From Candidatus Methanophagaceae archaeon (GTDB lineage Archaea; Halobacteriota; Syntropharchaeia; Alkanophagales; Methanospirareceae): a DNA stretch of 64,000 nt. Location of the stretch: assembly GCA_003194435.1 (NCBI GenBank), contig PQXC01000005.1:30110-94109 (forward strand), given 5' to 3'. A program made the translations under genes and the position numbers. Positions 9,345 through 18,169 of this stretch are shown piece by piece; the first letter of the stretch is position 1, and every line of letters begins with the position of its first letter. The notes beneath the pieces were generated by a model, which saw nothing but the letters and a program-made list of their open reading frames with translations, made no database searches and had not been told where the DNA came from.

Positions 9345-10840
9345 CTTCCTTATCTATAAAACCTTTGAGACTACATATCCACACCCCTCCAGTTCTCTTA
9401 TCAACCTTAGTTCCCTATTTTTTGACTTCCTTCCATTAACAGCTTCAGCGCCTACATCCTGATAAAGCTCGCCTGTTTTTAATACACGATAGATCTCGAT
9501 CAATATCTGGTGTCCGACCGCGACCAAAGCTCGATTTTTACCACGCCTTCTGGCAATATTGTGGTACATAGCGCTTAAAGCAGTGCCTTTGGTTCTCGAT
9601 GCAGCCCACGCCGCCTCTGTCAAGGTGGCTTTGAGGTAATTATTTCCTCTTCTCGTTTTTCCGCTTTTTTTCTTTCCCGCGCTCTCATTATTGCCAGGAC
9701 ACATCGCAGCCCAGGAAGAGAGATGCGCCTCATCCGGAAACCTTGACATATCAACCCCGATCTCAGCGATAACTGAAGCTGCCGAGACTTCTTTGATGCC
9801 CGTAACAGATTGGATAGCCCTGAATTCCTTCTCGTACGGTCGCAGCTTTCGCTGAATCTCCTCATCAATCTCTCTTATCCGTTCAACAATGCAATCGATG
9901 TGGGCTAAATGCTGTTTTAGCAGAAATCGGTGGTGATCAGTTACATTCCCATTAAGGGCTTTCACTAATTGATTCACTTTCCTCTTGAGCTTCCCCTTCG
10001 CCATTTCTGCAATTTCATCCACGGAGAGCGTGTCTTTCTCCAGCAATGCACCGATCATATTCAGGGAGGAGACCCCGAAGACCTTTGACACAACAGACGA
10101 GATTTTGATATTTGCATCTTCCAGGACCTTTTGAACTCGATTTTTCTCTGCGGTCATCGCTTCAACAAGTTTTCTTCGCGTTCGGGTAAGATCGCGCAAC
10201 TCTCTGATTTCTCGAGGCGGAATAAAGCTCCCTGAAATCAATCCATTTCTGAACAAATGGGCAATCCACTGGCAGTCTTTGACGTCGGTCTTCCTTCCTG
10301 GGACGTTTTTGATGTGCTGTGCATTTGCAAGAACTACTTCAAAATCGTCCTCAAGTATATTGAAGATAGGTTTCCAGTATATGCCTGTGCTCTCCATTGC
10401 TACTGCGGTCACACCGTATTCCTTCAGCCATTCCTTCAACGTTCTGAGGTCGTCGGTCATCGTTGAAAACTTCCTGATCTCGAACTTCGGTGGCTTATCC
10501 AATGGTCCATGTGCAATACACGCCATCACCATCGACTTATGGACATCAAGTCCACAACAACTCTTCAATATGGGCTGCATGTTACACCTCCTCGAGACGA
10601 GCGAAGCAACATTAGAATAGGATAAGTTTGGTACTCGTGCCCCCAAAGGGGCAACATTCATGGGTTCTAAGAGTTGCCTGGGTCAGTTTCTTTTGCGGGG
10701 TTTCATTACAATGAACCACCAGAAAAAATCGACCAATATCGCTCGTCTCATGATAGTATATATAGGTGAAATTTAATTCTATTCATATTCACCCATTTTC
10801 ATGCTCATGGGTGTCCCCTTGGGTCATGGAGGTTTCTTTT
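9345..10840 (-). mobile_element. IS110-family insertion sequence (ends approximate)
   Basis: Intact transposase plus a roughly 250 bp structured non-coding upstream end; no TIR or TSD seen. Confidence 0.85.
9354..10580 (-). CDS. IS110-family DEDD transposase/recombinase
   Basis: GLDVHK, AMESTG and GRKTDVKD in the N-terminal domain; NESAGK and GNNYLK in the C-terminal domain. GAGGTG RBS precedes ATG 10580. Confidence 0.95.
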   Translation of the reverse strand: MQPILKSCCGLDVHKSMVMACIAHGPLDKPPKFEIRKFSTMTDDLRTLKEWLKEYGVTAVAMESTGIYWKPIFNILEDDFEVVLANAQHIKNVPGRKTDVKDCQWIAHLFRNGLISGSFIPPREIRELRDLTRTRRKLVEAMTAEKNRVQKVLEDANIKISSVVSKVFGVSSLNMIGALLEKDTLSVDEIAEMAKGKLKRKVNQLVKALNGNVTDHHRFLLKQHLAHIDCIVERIREIDEEIQRKLRPYEKEFRAIQSVTGIKEVSAASVIAEIGVDMSRFPDEAHLSSWAAMCPGNNESAGKKKSGKTRRGNNYLKATLTEAAWAASRTKGTALSAMYHNIARRRGKNRALVAVGHQILIEIYRVLKTGELYQDVGAEAVNGRKSKNRELRLIRELEGCGYVVSKVL

Positions 10841-11177
10841 TAATGAGATTTGGAAGCAAGAGATATCAAAGATGAAAGAAACGTTGATGATTGTTGATGG
10901 ACATGTTGGAAAAGTATTTTGTAGAACAGGCACGTTAGAAGAAGTTTTGTATGAGAAGAGAAGACCGTATATTATTCAGGCAAGTAAAATGAGACCATGG
11001 ATAGAAGAAATTGTTTCAAGATTTGAAAAAATCCCGTTTTATGTTGACAACGGAGCATTTTATCTTTTTGAAGATGGGCATTGTAGCGATTTAGAACCAA
11101 ATTGTAAAGATTGCCCCGTAAATAAACTCTGCAAGAAATATCTAAAATGGACTGCATATCAAATATGGGAGGAATAG
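10839..11177 (+). pseudogene. Cassette 4 remnant: 3' half of an HhH-GPD/endonuclease III-like Fe-S protein
   Basis: IVDGHVGKVFCRTG (VDxHV-type motif) and C-x6-C-x2-C-x5-C (CSDLEPNCKDCPVNKLC). The frame is open back to the IS110 end. Confidence 0.65.
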
Positions 11178-11193
11178 AGATGTCCGCCACTTC

Positions 11194-11275
11194 CGATAAC
11201 AGCAGACATACGGCTACGCTTCGCTCCGCTAAAATTCGGCAAAGCCGAACTTCGTATGTCCGCAAAACGTTAGAC
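11194..11275 (+). other. attC-like site 4
   Basis: CGATAAC ... GCAGACATACG / CGTATGTCCGC ... GTTAGAC; 82 bp. Confidence 0.87.
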
Positions 11276-11365
11276 AACATAGCCTTAGAAGGGGAATGAT
11301 ATTCCGCAGTACGACAAAAAAGAGGTAACGTACAGATGGAACTTAACTTCATTTCCACTTCATTT

Positions 11366-12898
11366 CTATTTCTCGCTTCGTGGTAATAGCCAGGCTCTGC
11401 GTAGCCAGTCTATATCCGGCTGATACAGGTCTCTTATGTCACTCAGACCCAGGCTGATCATGGCTAAACGTCCGATACCAAGTCCCCAGGCTAATACGGG
11501 ATATTTTACGCCTATTGGATGAGTGACCTCCTCTCTGAATATGCCAGCACCACCCAGCTCTATCCAGCCCCTCTCTGTGTATACTTCAACCTCCACTGAT
11601 GGTTCGGTATAGGGAAAATATCCGGGTCGGAATCGTATAGAAGGGAACCCCATCTTCCGATAGAATACTGCGAGACACCCGAGCAAATTGGCAAACGTCA
11701 CGTCGCGGTCCATGATAATACCTTCCAGCTGGTCGAATTCTGGTATGTGGGTCGGGTCAATGGTCTCGCGGCGATACACGCGCCCGATGCAAAAGACCTT
11801 AACAGGTGGCTCGGGATGTGAAGCCAGGTATTTCACAGTAACTGCGGTGGTATGAGTCCGTAGAAGCAGCTCCTCACCCTGCTCTCTCCTCCATTCACCA
11901 CCCCAACCCGATGAATTTAATGGTCCCCCGTGCTCATGCATCTCCTTTACACGTTTTATCAACTCCTCAGAAGCGTCTATAGGCCTCTTCAAGCCAAGAT
12001 AGAAAGTATCCTGCATCTCCCGTGCAGGATGGTCCTGCGGCACAAATAACGCATCGAAATTCCAGAACGCGCTCTGAACGTGTTCACCCTTTATCTCTAT
12101 GAACCCCATCTCGGTGAAGATTTTTCTCATGCGGTCCAGAATCCGCTGATAAGGGTGCAACTTAGCTGCGAATATCTCTCGCCCCGATATATCCACATCA
12201 TAACGTTTGAATTTGAACCTCCGCCCTTTCCATGTCCTTATAATCTCAGGTGTTAACTGTGCTATCTCCTCCTCAATAGATAACCCACGCTCAAGGAGCT
12301 CCATACCCGCATCTGTGATGCCTATTCTCCGTTCTACCCGGGTAGAACTCACCACCAGTCGCCGTGAAATCAACTGTGTTATGACCTCCTGTTTGGTCTC
12401 CGGCTTCAATTCCGACTGCCCTTCTGCCAGGGCGAGAGAACGCAGTATTTCCTCATCAGCGCCATAAGGGGGTTCAGCATTGACAGTGGGTATTACACGT
12501 CCATTATCAATATACGCCCAGTTCTTCCGCAGCAGCCAGTTTATTGCTATATTCACACGTTTACCGAGAGCATGTTTCAGGTATTCTACCGATGTTGCTC
12601 CCTCATGCTGTAATAATAAACGAAGTGCTTTACGTTCTGGTAGTGCATCCGCAGCATACTCCTCACCCTCTGGTGTCAAACGATAATAAATCCTTCGCTG
12701 CTCTTTAACCACACAAAGCCCTTTCTTTGCGAGTGTAAACGCTGCTTGCATAACTGCGTCTTCGTTTGTACCTGTGAGTTCAGCCAGTACCGCTGGGGCA
12801 TACTCATACTCACGCACACGCGCACCATCACCGCGCTGGCGCTGAAACGCGAGTAAAAGCCTCTTCTCCGCTGCTGTTAGCTCAGAATCTACCGCCAT
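11366..12898 (-). CDS. pheS: Phenylalanine-tRNA ligase alpha subunit (archaeal type)
   Basis: FWNFDALFVPQDHPAREMQDTFY, LLRTHTT, YFPYTEPS and GLGIGRLAM. Confidence 0.97.
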   Translation of the reverse strand: MAVDSELTAAEKRLLLAFQRQRGDGARVREYEYAPAVLAELTGTNEDAVMQAAFTLAKKGLCVVKEQRRIYYRLTPEGEEYAADALPERKALRLLLQHEGATSVEYLKHALGKRVNIAINWLLRKNWAYIDNGRVIPTVNAEPPYGADEEILRSLALAEGQSELKPETKQEVITQLISRRLVVSSTRVERRIGITDAGMELLERGLSIEEEIAQLTPEIIRTWKGRRFKFKRYDVDISGREIFAAKLHPYQRILDRMRKIFTEMGFIEIKGEHVQSAFWNFDALFVPQDHPAREMQDTFYLGLKRPIDASEELIKRVKEMHEHGGPLNSSGWGGEWRREQGEELLLRTHTTAVTVKYLASHPEPPVKVFCIGRVYRRETIDPTHIPEFDQLEGIIMDRDVTFANLLGCLAVFYRKMGFPSIRFRPGYFPYTEPSVEVEVYTERGWIELGGAGIFREEVTHPIGVKYPVLAWGLGIGRLAMISLGLSDIRDLYQPDIDWLRRAWLLPRSEK

Positions 12899-12955
12899 GT
12901 TGTATTGTTATGATTTAACAAAAATAAGAATTAGAAATAAAGATAAGCAGGAGTG

Positions 12956-13576
12956 ATGAAGATAGGGGTAATAGCGATACAGGGGGATGTAGAGGAGCAT
13001 ATAAAGGCTTTGAAAGCGACTTTAGCAGAGAGGGGCGAGAACGAGAACGGAGAGGTGATAAGGATAAAGCATCGTGGTATCGTGAGCTCATGTGATGCGA
13101 TTGTCATACCAGGAGGCGAGAGTACAACGATCGGGCGGTTGATGGAGCGTGAGGGGATAACCGAAGAGCTAAGGGATGCGGCGGAAGAGGGTAAACCCTT
13201 GCTGGGCACCTGTGCAGGTATGATTTTATTAGCGAAGGAGGGGGATGAAGAGGTGAAAAAGACCGGTCAGCCGTTGCTGGGTTTAATGGATGTACGGGTA
13301 AAGAGGAACGCTTTTGGCAGACAGAGGGAATCATTTGAGGCGCCATTGAAGATGAGCATCTTTGATGAACCCTTTCCCGGTGTTTTCATCAGGGCGCCGT
13401 GTATAACACACGCAGCAGATACTGTGGATGTACTGGCAACGCTCGATGAAGATGATGATAAGATGAACAAGAGGATTGTAGCAGCGAGGCAGGGTAATAT
13501 AATGGCACTGGCATTTCATCCTGAACTTACCGGCGACAGGAGAATCCACCATTATTTCCTCGATACCTTCCTTTAG
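12956..13576 (+). CDS. pdxT: Pyridoxal 5'-phosphate synthase glutaminase subunit
   Basis: PGGESTT, GTCAG, RNAFGRQ and FHPE. Confidence 0.96.
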   Translation: MKIGVIAIQGDVEEHIKALKATLAERGENENGEVIRIKHRGIVSSCDAIVIPGGESTTIGRLMEREGITEELRDAAEEGKPLLGTCAGMILLAKEGDEEVKKTGQPLLGLMDVRVKRNAFGRQRESFEAPLKMSIFDEPFPGVFIRAPCITHAADTVDVLATLDEDDDKMNKRIVAARQGNIMALAFHPELTGDRRIHHYFLDTFL

Positions 13577-13593
13577 ATTTTAGATTCACAAGA

Positions 13594-13640
13594 GCAAAAA
13601 GGCAAAAAGGTAAAAAGGCAAAAAGGCAAAAAGCAAAAGG
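13594..13640. repeat. Short tandem repeat (YAAAAAGG) x about 5-6
   Basis: gcaaaaaggcaaaaaggtaaaaaggcaaaaaggcaaaaagcaaaagg, directly upstream of the aor start. Confidence 0.8.
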
Positions 13641-13645
13641 TGACT

Positions 13646-15385
13646 ATGAAGGGGCTATGTGGCTGGAAAGGCAGGATACTTCAGATAGACCTGTCCACCA
13701 GGGGGATAAAGACATTTACGCCTGAATACCAACTGCTTAAGGAATTTCTTGGTGGTAGAGGGCTTGGTGCGAAGTTAGTGTACGATAATGGTCATATAGA
13801 AGATGCATTATCACCAGAGAATATACTTGTATTTGCAACGGGACCGCTAACCGGCACACGTGCACCATCTTCGGGCAGGCTATCCCTATCCACAAAATCT
13901 CCACTGACTGGTACGATACTCGATTGTAACTGCGGTGGCTTCCTGGGTGTAGAACTGAAGAAAGCGGGTTATGATGCGGTGATTATCCGTGGTAAATCGC
14001 CGGAGCCGGTTTTTATAGAGATAGAGAACGAGCGAGTGGAGCTGAAATCGGCATCCGGTATATGGGGCAAGAATACAAAAGAGACGACAAGGCTGCTGAA
14101 GAGCAGGGGCAGAGTTGCCTGTATAGGTAGAGCGGGAGAGAAGCAGGTTCTGCTCGCCGCTATCATCTCTGATGGTGTGCATGCATTTGGGCGTGGTGGC
14201 GCAGGTGCGGTAATGGGTTCAAAGAACCTCAAAGCGCTGGTGGTTAAGGGCTCGGGCGATGTGGATGTATGTGACCGTGCGGAGTTTGAGCGGCAGAGGC
14301 GAGCGATTAACCGGCTCCTGATTGCCACTCCCACGATAAGCAAAGGGCTTTCGGTCTTCGGTACACCGTTTCTGATGAAGATAACGAGCTGGATGAGAGC
14401 ACTGCCGGTGGCTAATTTTAGCAGGTCAGAGCCGGAGTTCAAGCTGGATACCCTCTTTGCAAGCGAGATTAACAGGCGATATAATCCAAGGAAGCGAGCG
14501 TGCTATTCCTGCTCAATAGCGTGTAAAAGGGAGGATGATAGAGGCAGGGAACTGCCCGAATACGAGACGATAGGCTTGATGAGCGCCAATATAGGCAATA
14601 GCAGCTATGAAGCAATAGTAGAGGCGAACATGCTCTGTAACGATTACGGCATTGATACAATCTCGGTAGCAGGTGTTCTGGGCTGTTACGGCGATATAAA
14701 GGGTAAAAGAATCAGCGATACCGAACTTCTGGACATGGTGCGTGCAATAGGGGAGTGCGAGGGTATAGGTGCGCAATTGGGGCAGGGAGTAAAGCGGTAT
14801 TCGAGCTCGGAGGGCTGTCCTGAGCGGGCAATGCATGTGAAAGGGCTTCAATTACCTGCATACGACCCACGTGTGGTGAAGGGTCTGGGTTTCAGCTATG
14901 CCACATCCAATCGCGGTGGTTGCCACACAAGAGCATATCTCGTAGCACCTGAGATACTGCGAAAGCCAAAGGCGATAGACCCTTACACGCTTGCTGGTAA
15001 AGCCGGGCACACAAAGATATTTCAGGACAGGTTCGCTGCGGTTGATTCCCTGATAGTGTGTAAATTCGCATTCTTTGGCGCTGGCGAGGAGGAGTATGCG
15101 AACATACTGAGCGCGGTTACGGGTGTGGAATATACATCAGAGGATTTGATGCGTGTGGGTGAGCGAATATGGAATATAGAACGACTGTACAACATAAGAG
15201 AGGGTTTTACGAGAGCTGATGACACGCTGCCTGCACGATTCTTTGATGAGGCGGTGAATGGGCATGTGATAGAACGTGAGGAGTTCCAGAATACGCTGGA
15301 TGAGTATTATCGTATGCGTGGCTGGGATGAGAATGGGGTGCCGACAAAGCGGGTACTGGAGAAGTTGAATCTGGGTTGGAATTAA
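13646..15385 (+). CDS. aor: Tungsten aldehyde:ferredoxin oxidoreductase family protein
   Basis: GGRGLG, KSPLTG, GRGGAGAVMGSKNLKA, PEYET, SNRGGCH and YY..RGWDENGVP. Confidence 0.92.
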   Translation: MKGLCGWKGRILQIDLSTRGIKTFTPEYQLLKEFLGGRGLGAKLVYDNGHIEDALSPENILVFATGPLTGTRAPSSGRLSLSTKSPLTGTILDCNCGGFLGVELKKAGYDAVIIRGKSPEPVFIEIENERVELKSASGIWGKNTKETTRLLKSRGRVACIGRAGEKQVLLAAIISDGVHAFGRGGAGAVMGSKNLKALVVKGSGDVDVCDRAEFERQRRAINRLLIATPTISKGLSVFGTPFLMKITSWMRALPVANFSRSEPEFKLDTLFASEINRRYNPRKRACYSCSIACKREDDRGRELPEYETIGLMSANIGNSSYEAIVEANMLCNDYGIDTISVAGVLGCYGDIKGKRISDTELLDMVRAIGECEGIGAQLGQGVKRYSSSEGCPERAMHVKGLQLPAYDPRVVKGLGFSYATSNRGGCHTRAYLVAPEILRKPKAIDPYTLAGKAGHTKIFQDRFAAVDSLIVCKFAFFGAGEEEYANILSAVTGVEYTSEDLMRVGERIWNIERLYNIREGFTRADDTLPARFFDEAVNGHVIEREEFQNTLDEYYRMRGWDENGVPTKRVLEKLNLGWN

Positions 15386-15431
15386 CAATGACACATGGTA
15401 TATATTTGAGGAGCGAGAATATAATCGTAGG

Positions 15432-15785
15432 ATGCTCTGGCGGGAGAAGGAGTTACTTGAACTGTTGAAAGGTGGGAAATTGAATACAAGTGAGGTGGTA
15501 AAGCGAGCGAATATGAGCAAAGCGACAGCATTGAAGTATCTTGAGGGTCTTAAAGGCAGGGGACTGATCACCTGTGAGAAGGTAGGACCCACAAAGCTAT
15601 GGTCTCTGGTAGGGGAAGAGGGCGATGCGAAATTCGAACATCAGGACAGGATTCTGGAGTATATACAGATAGATCGAGAGATATTCAGGTTATTGGACGA
15701 GTTTGAGAGTGTTACAGGGAAGAAATTGGAAGTCACGATAGATCAGAATGGAATACACCTGCAGACACGAGAGAAGAGATGTTGA
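15432..15785 (+). CDS. Winged-helix DNA-binding protein
   Basis: HTH pattern TSEVVKRANMSKATALKYLEGL and wing KVGPTKLW. Confidence 0.7.
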   Translation: MLWREKELLELLKGGKLNTSEVVKRANMSKATALKYLEGLKGRGLITCEKVGPTKLWSLVGEEGDAKFEHQDRILEYIQIDREIFRLLDEFESVTGKKLEVTIDQNGIHLQTREKRC

Positions 15786-16588
15786 ACCGGATAGTGGATG
15801 ATGAGCTTGTACATCTGTTAGATGCTAAAGGGAGGAGGCATCAGGTTTTACTGCAGCCAGGTTCTTATTTCTCATTCTCTCATGGTAGGGTTGCCCACGA
15901 TGATATAATAGGGTTGGAGGAAGGGGCTACAGTAAGCTCTTCGCTTGGTGAACGGCTTCTTGTGCTTCGACCTACCTTAGGTGAGTATATAGCAAAGATG
16001 AGGAAAGGTTCACAGGTATTATACGCGAAGGATATAGCGGCGATTTTAATTTTAGCCGATATCTTCCCGGGAGCGAGGGTGTTAGAGGCGGGAACAGGTT
16101 CAGGTGCACTCACAATAGCGCTACTGCGTGCAGTTTGTAGCAGTGGGGAGGTGATATCATATGAAAGAAGGAGCGAGTTTCAGGAGATTGCTGCACGTAA
16201 TATAGAAACTTTCTTTGGTAAGATGAGGAGTGCAGGTAGTTCAAGTTCGGGTAAGCTGATATTAAAGGCGGGCGATGTGTATGAGGGTATAGAGGAGCGC
16301 GAACTGGACAGAGTGATACTGGACCTTTCAGAACCATGGCGAGCCCTCCATTCGGTCGAGCAAGCGCTCAGACCAGGAGGAATCCTGCTATGTTACACTC
16401 CTACCGTGCTGCAGATATATAAACTTTCGAGACGGATGGAACTGAGATATGAGCAGAGTTTTCGTGTGATGGGTATATATGAAGTGGGGATAAGGGAATG
16501 GGAGATAAAGGGCAGGAGTATGCGACCCCAGCATAGGGGTATTGTACATACAGGTTTTATCTTCGTGGCGAGGCGATTATATCATTAA
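15779..16588 (+). CDS. trmI: tRNA (adenine-N1) methyltransferase
   Basis: RPTL, QVLYAKD, LEAGTGSGALT, LDLSEPW and HTGF. Confidence 0.92.
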   Translation: MLNRIVDDELVHLLDAKGRRHQVLLQPGSYFSFSHGRVAHDDIIGLEEGATVSSSLGERLLVLRPTLGEYIAKMRKGSQVLYAKDIAAILILADIFPGARVLEAGTGSGALTIALLRAVCSSGEVISYERRSEFQEIAARNIETFFGKMRSAGSSSSGKLILKAGDVYEGIEERELDRVILDLSEPWRALHSVEQALRPGGILLCYTPTVLQIYKLSRRMELRYEQSFRVMGIYEVGIREWEIKGRSMRPQHRGIVHTGFIFVARRLYH

Positions 16589-16619
16589 GGTGTAGAAATA
16601 GAGGATGAAATGAGGAGAA

Positions 16620-17117
16620 ATGAAAGTGGTAGTGCTCGCAGATACACATGTTAATGATATAGGTATGCTGCCGGAGCGTTTAAGGAGCGAGTTGAAGAGT
16701 GCGGACTTGATTATTCATGCGGGTGATTATACAGGAGAGAGACTACTGGAGCAGTTAAGGGCAGCAGGCGATTTCAGGGGTGTGTATGGGAATATGGACC
16801 CGGGAGCGATAAAGAGGGAGCTGGGAGCTAAGGAGCTAATAGAGATTGAGGGCTTCAGGATAGGCGTAACGCATCCTCCGGAGGGTGGTAGTCCAGTGGG
16901 GTTGTTATCGCGAGTGAGCGCGAAATTTAAGGGTGAGGACCCGGAACCGGAAGTGATAATCTATGGGCATTCGCACCATCCAAAGAAAGAGAAGATAGGT
17001 AATGTTTTATATCTCAATCCAGGCAGTGCAACGGGCGCATTTCCGGCGCGATACAGTAGTTTTGGGATTTTGAGCATAGAAAAGGGCGTGATAAGAGCGG
17101 AGATAGTGAGGGTATAG
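16620..17117 (+). CDS. YfcE/MJ0936-family metallophosphoesterase
   Basis: DTH, HAGD, GNMD, GHSH and NPGS. Confidence 0.9.
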   Translation: MKVVVLADTHVNDIGMLPERLRSELKSADLIIHAGDYTGERLLEQLRAAGDFRGVYGNMDPGAIKRELGAKELIEIEGFRIGVTHPPEGGSPVGLLSRVSAKFKGEDPEPEVIIYGHSHHPKKEKIGNVLYLNPGSATGAFPARYSSFGILSIEKGVIRAEIVRV

Positions 17118-17178
17118 AATGGTTAATAGGGGAGTAAGAGTAAGTAACATTCCTTCTTTATATTTGTGGTCCATTCTT

Positions 17179-18120
17179 TTATCTCCCCATCTCAAGTTTG
17201 AACCACCTTATTGTCTCTTCTAAACCCCGTTCTAAACTGTATTCAGGCTTATAGCCCATGTCCGCTCTTGCTCGTGATATATCTGCAAGGGAGTGCCTCA
17301 CATCTCCCTTCCTCGGCTTATCAAAGACCGGTTCCACATCCCGGTCCCTGCCTGTTAATCTCGTTATGAGCGTAGCAAGTTCCTGTATGCTTATCCTTCT
17401 ACCCGAAGCGATATTATAAACGCCTGTTGCATCGCTCTTCATAGCAAGAATATTCGCATTCACTACATCCTTAACGAAAGTGAAGTCCCTGGTCTGTTGA
17501 CCATCGCCATAGATAATCGGGGGCTCTCCTTTCAGTATCCTGGACACAAACCTGGGAATGACCGCTGCATATTCCGAGTGAGGGTCCTGTCTGGGTCCAT
17601 AAACATTGAAATAACGCAGTGAAATGGTATTCAAGCCGTAGACATCATTAAAGACTTTACAGTAGTACTCACCCACAAGCTTCGTCACTGCATAGGGTGA
17701 TAGCGGGTTTGGTGTCATTCCTTCACGTTTCGGTAATTCAGGCGTATCTCCATAGACAGAGCTCGAAGAAGCATAAATCACCTTCTTCACGCCTGCATCC
17801 CTCGCCGCCATAAGTACATTCAATGTTCCCCTTATGTTCACCTCGTTTGTATGCGCAGGGTCTTCTATGCTTCGCTGGACACTCGGTAGCGCTGCTTGAT
17901 GGAATACGAAATCAGCATCAGCTAAAACCTCGTTCATTAGCTGTAAATCTGTTATACTGCCTTTGATGAACTCTATACCACTTGCAATTGGAATGTTCTC
18001 TACTCTACCTGTTGATAAATCGTCCACCACACAAACCTCGTTATTCGGTGCAAGTGCAAGCACCTCTGCCAGATTCGAGCCTATAAATCCCGCGCCTCCT
18101 GTTATGACTATTCTCATCAT
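17179..18120 (-). CDS. NAD-dependent nucleotide-sugar epimerase/dehydratase (extended SDR)
   Basis: TGGAGFIG, ASSSSVYG, YAVTK and RYFNVYGPRQ. Confidence 0.92.
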   Translation of the reverse strand: MMRIVITGGAGFIGSNLAEVLALAPNNEVCVVDDLSTGRVENIPIASGIEFIKGSITDLQLMNEVLADADFVFHQAALPSVQRSIEDPAHTNEVNIRGTLNVLMAARDAGVKKVIYASSSSVYGDTPELPKREGMTPNPLSPYAVTKLVGEYYCKVFNDVYGLNTISLRYFNVYGPRQDPHSEYAAVIPRFVSRILKGEPPIIYGDGQQTRDFTFVKDVVNANILAMKSDATGVYNIASGRRISIQELATLITRLTGRDRDVEPVFDKPRKGDVRHSLADISRARADMGYKPEYSLERGLEETIRWFKLEMGR

Positions 18121-18169
18121 CCATCTGGATATGGATTATAGATATAAGATAATAAGATTTTATTCCCGT

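Larger units (their letters stand above)
5361..11275 (+). mobile_element. Integron-like gene cassette array with no integrase in the window (CALIN-like), 4 cassettes
   Basis: Four related AAC...GTT fold-back sites, each directly after a + strand ORF. The region is AT-rich and the cassette ends are mutually complementary. Confidence 0.85.

Noticed and set aside
5288..11275. CRISPR array interpretation of the repeats
   Set aside because: The repeats are non-identical, 76-88 bp long and separated by whole genes; no cas genes are present.
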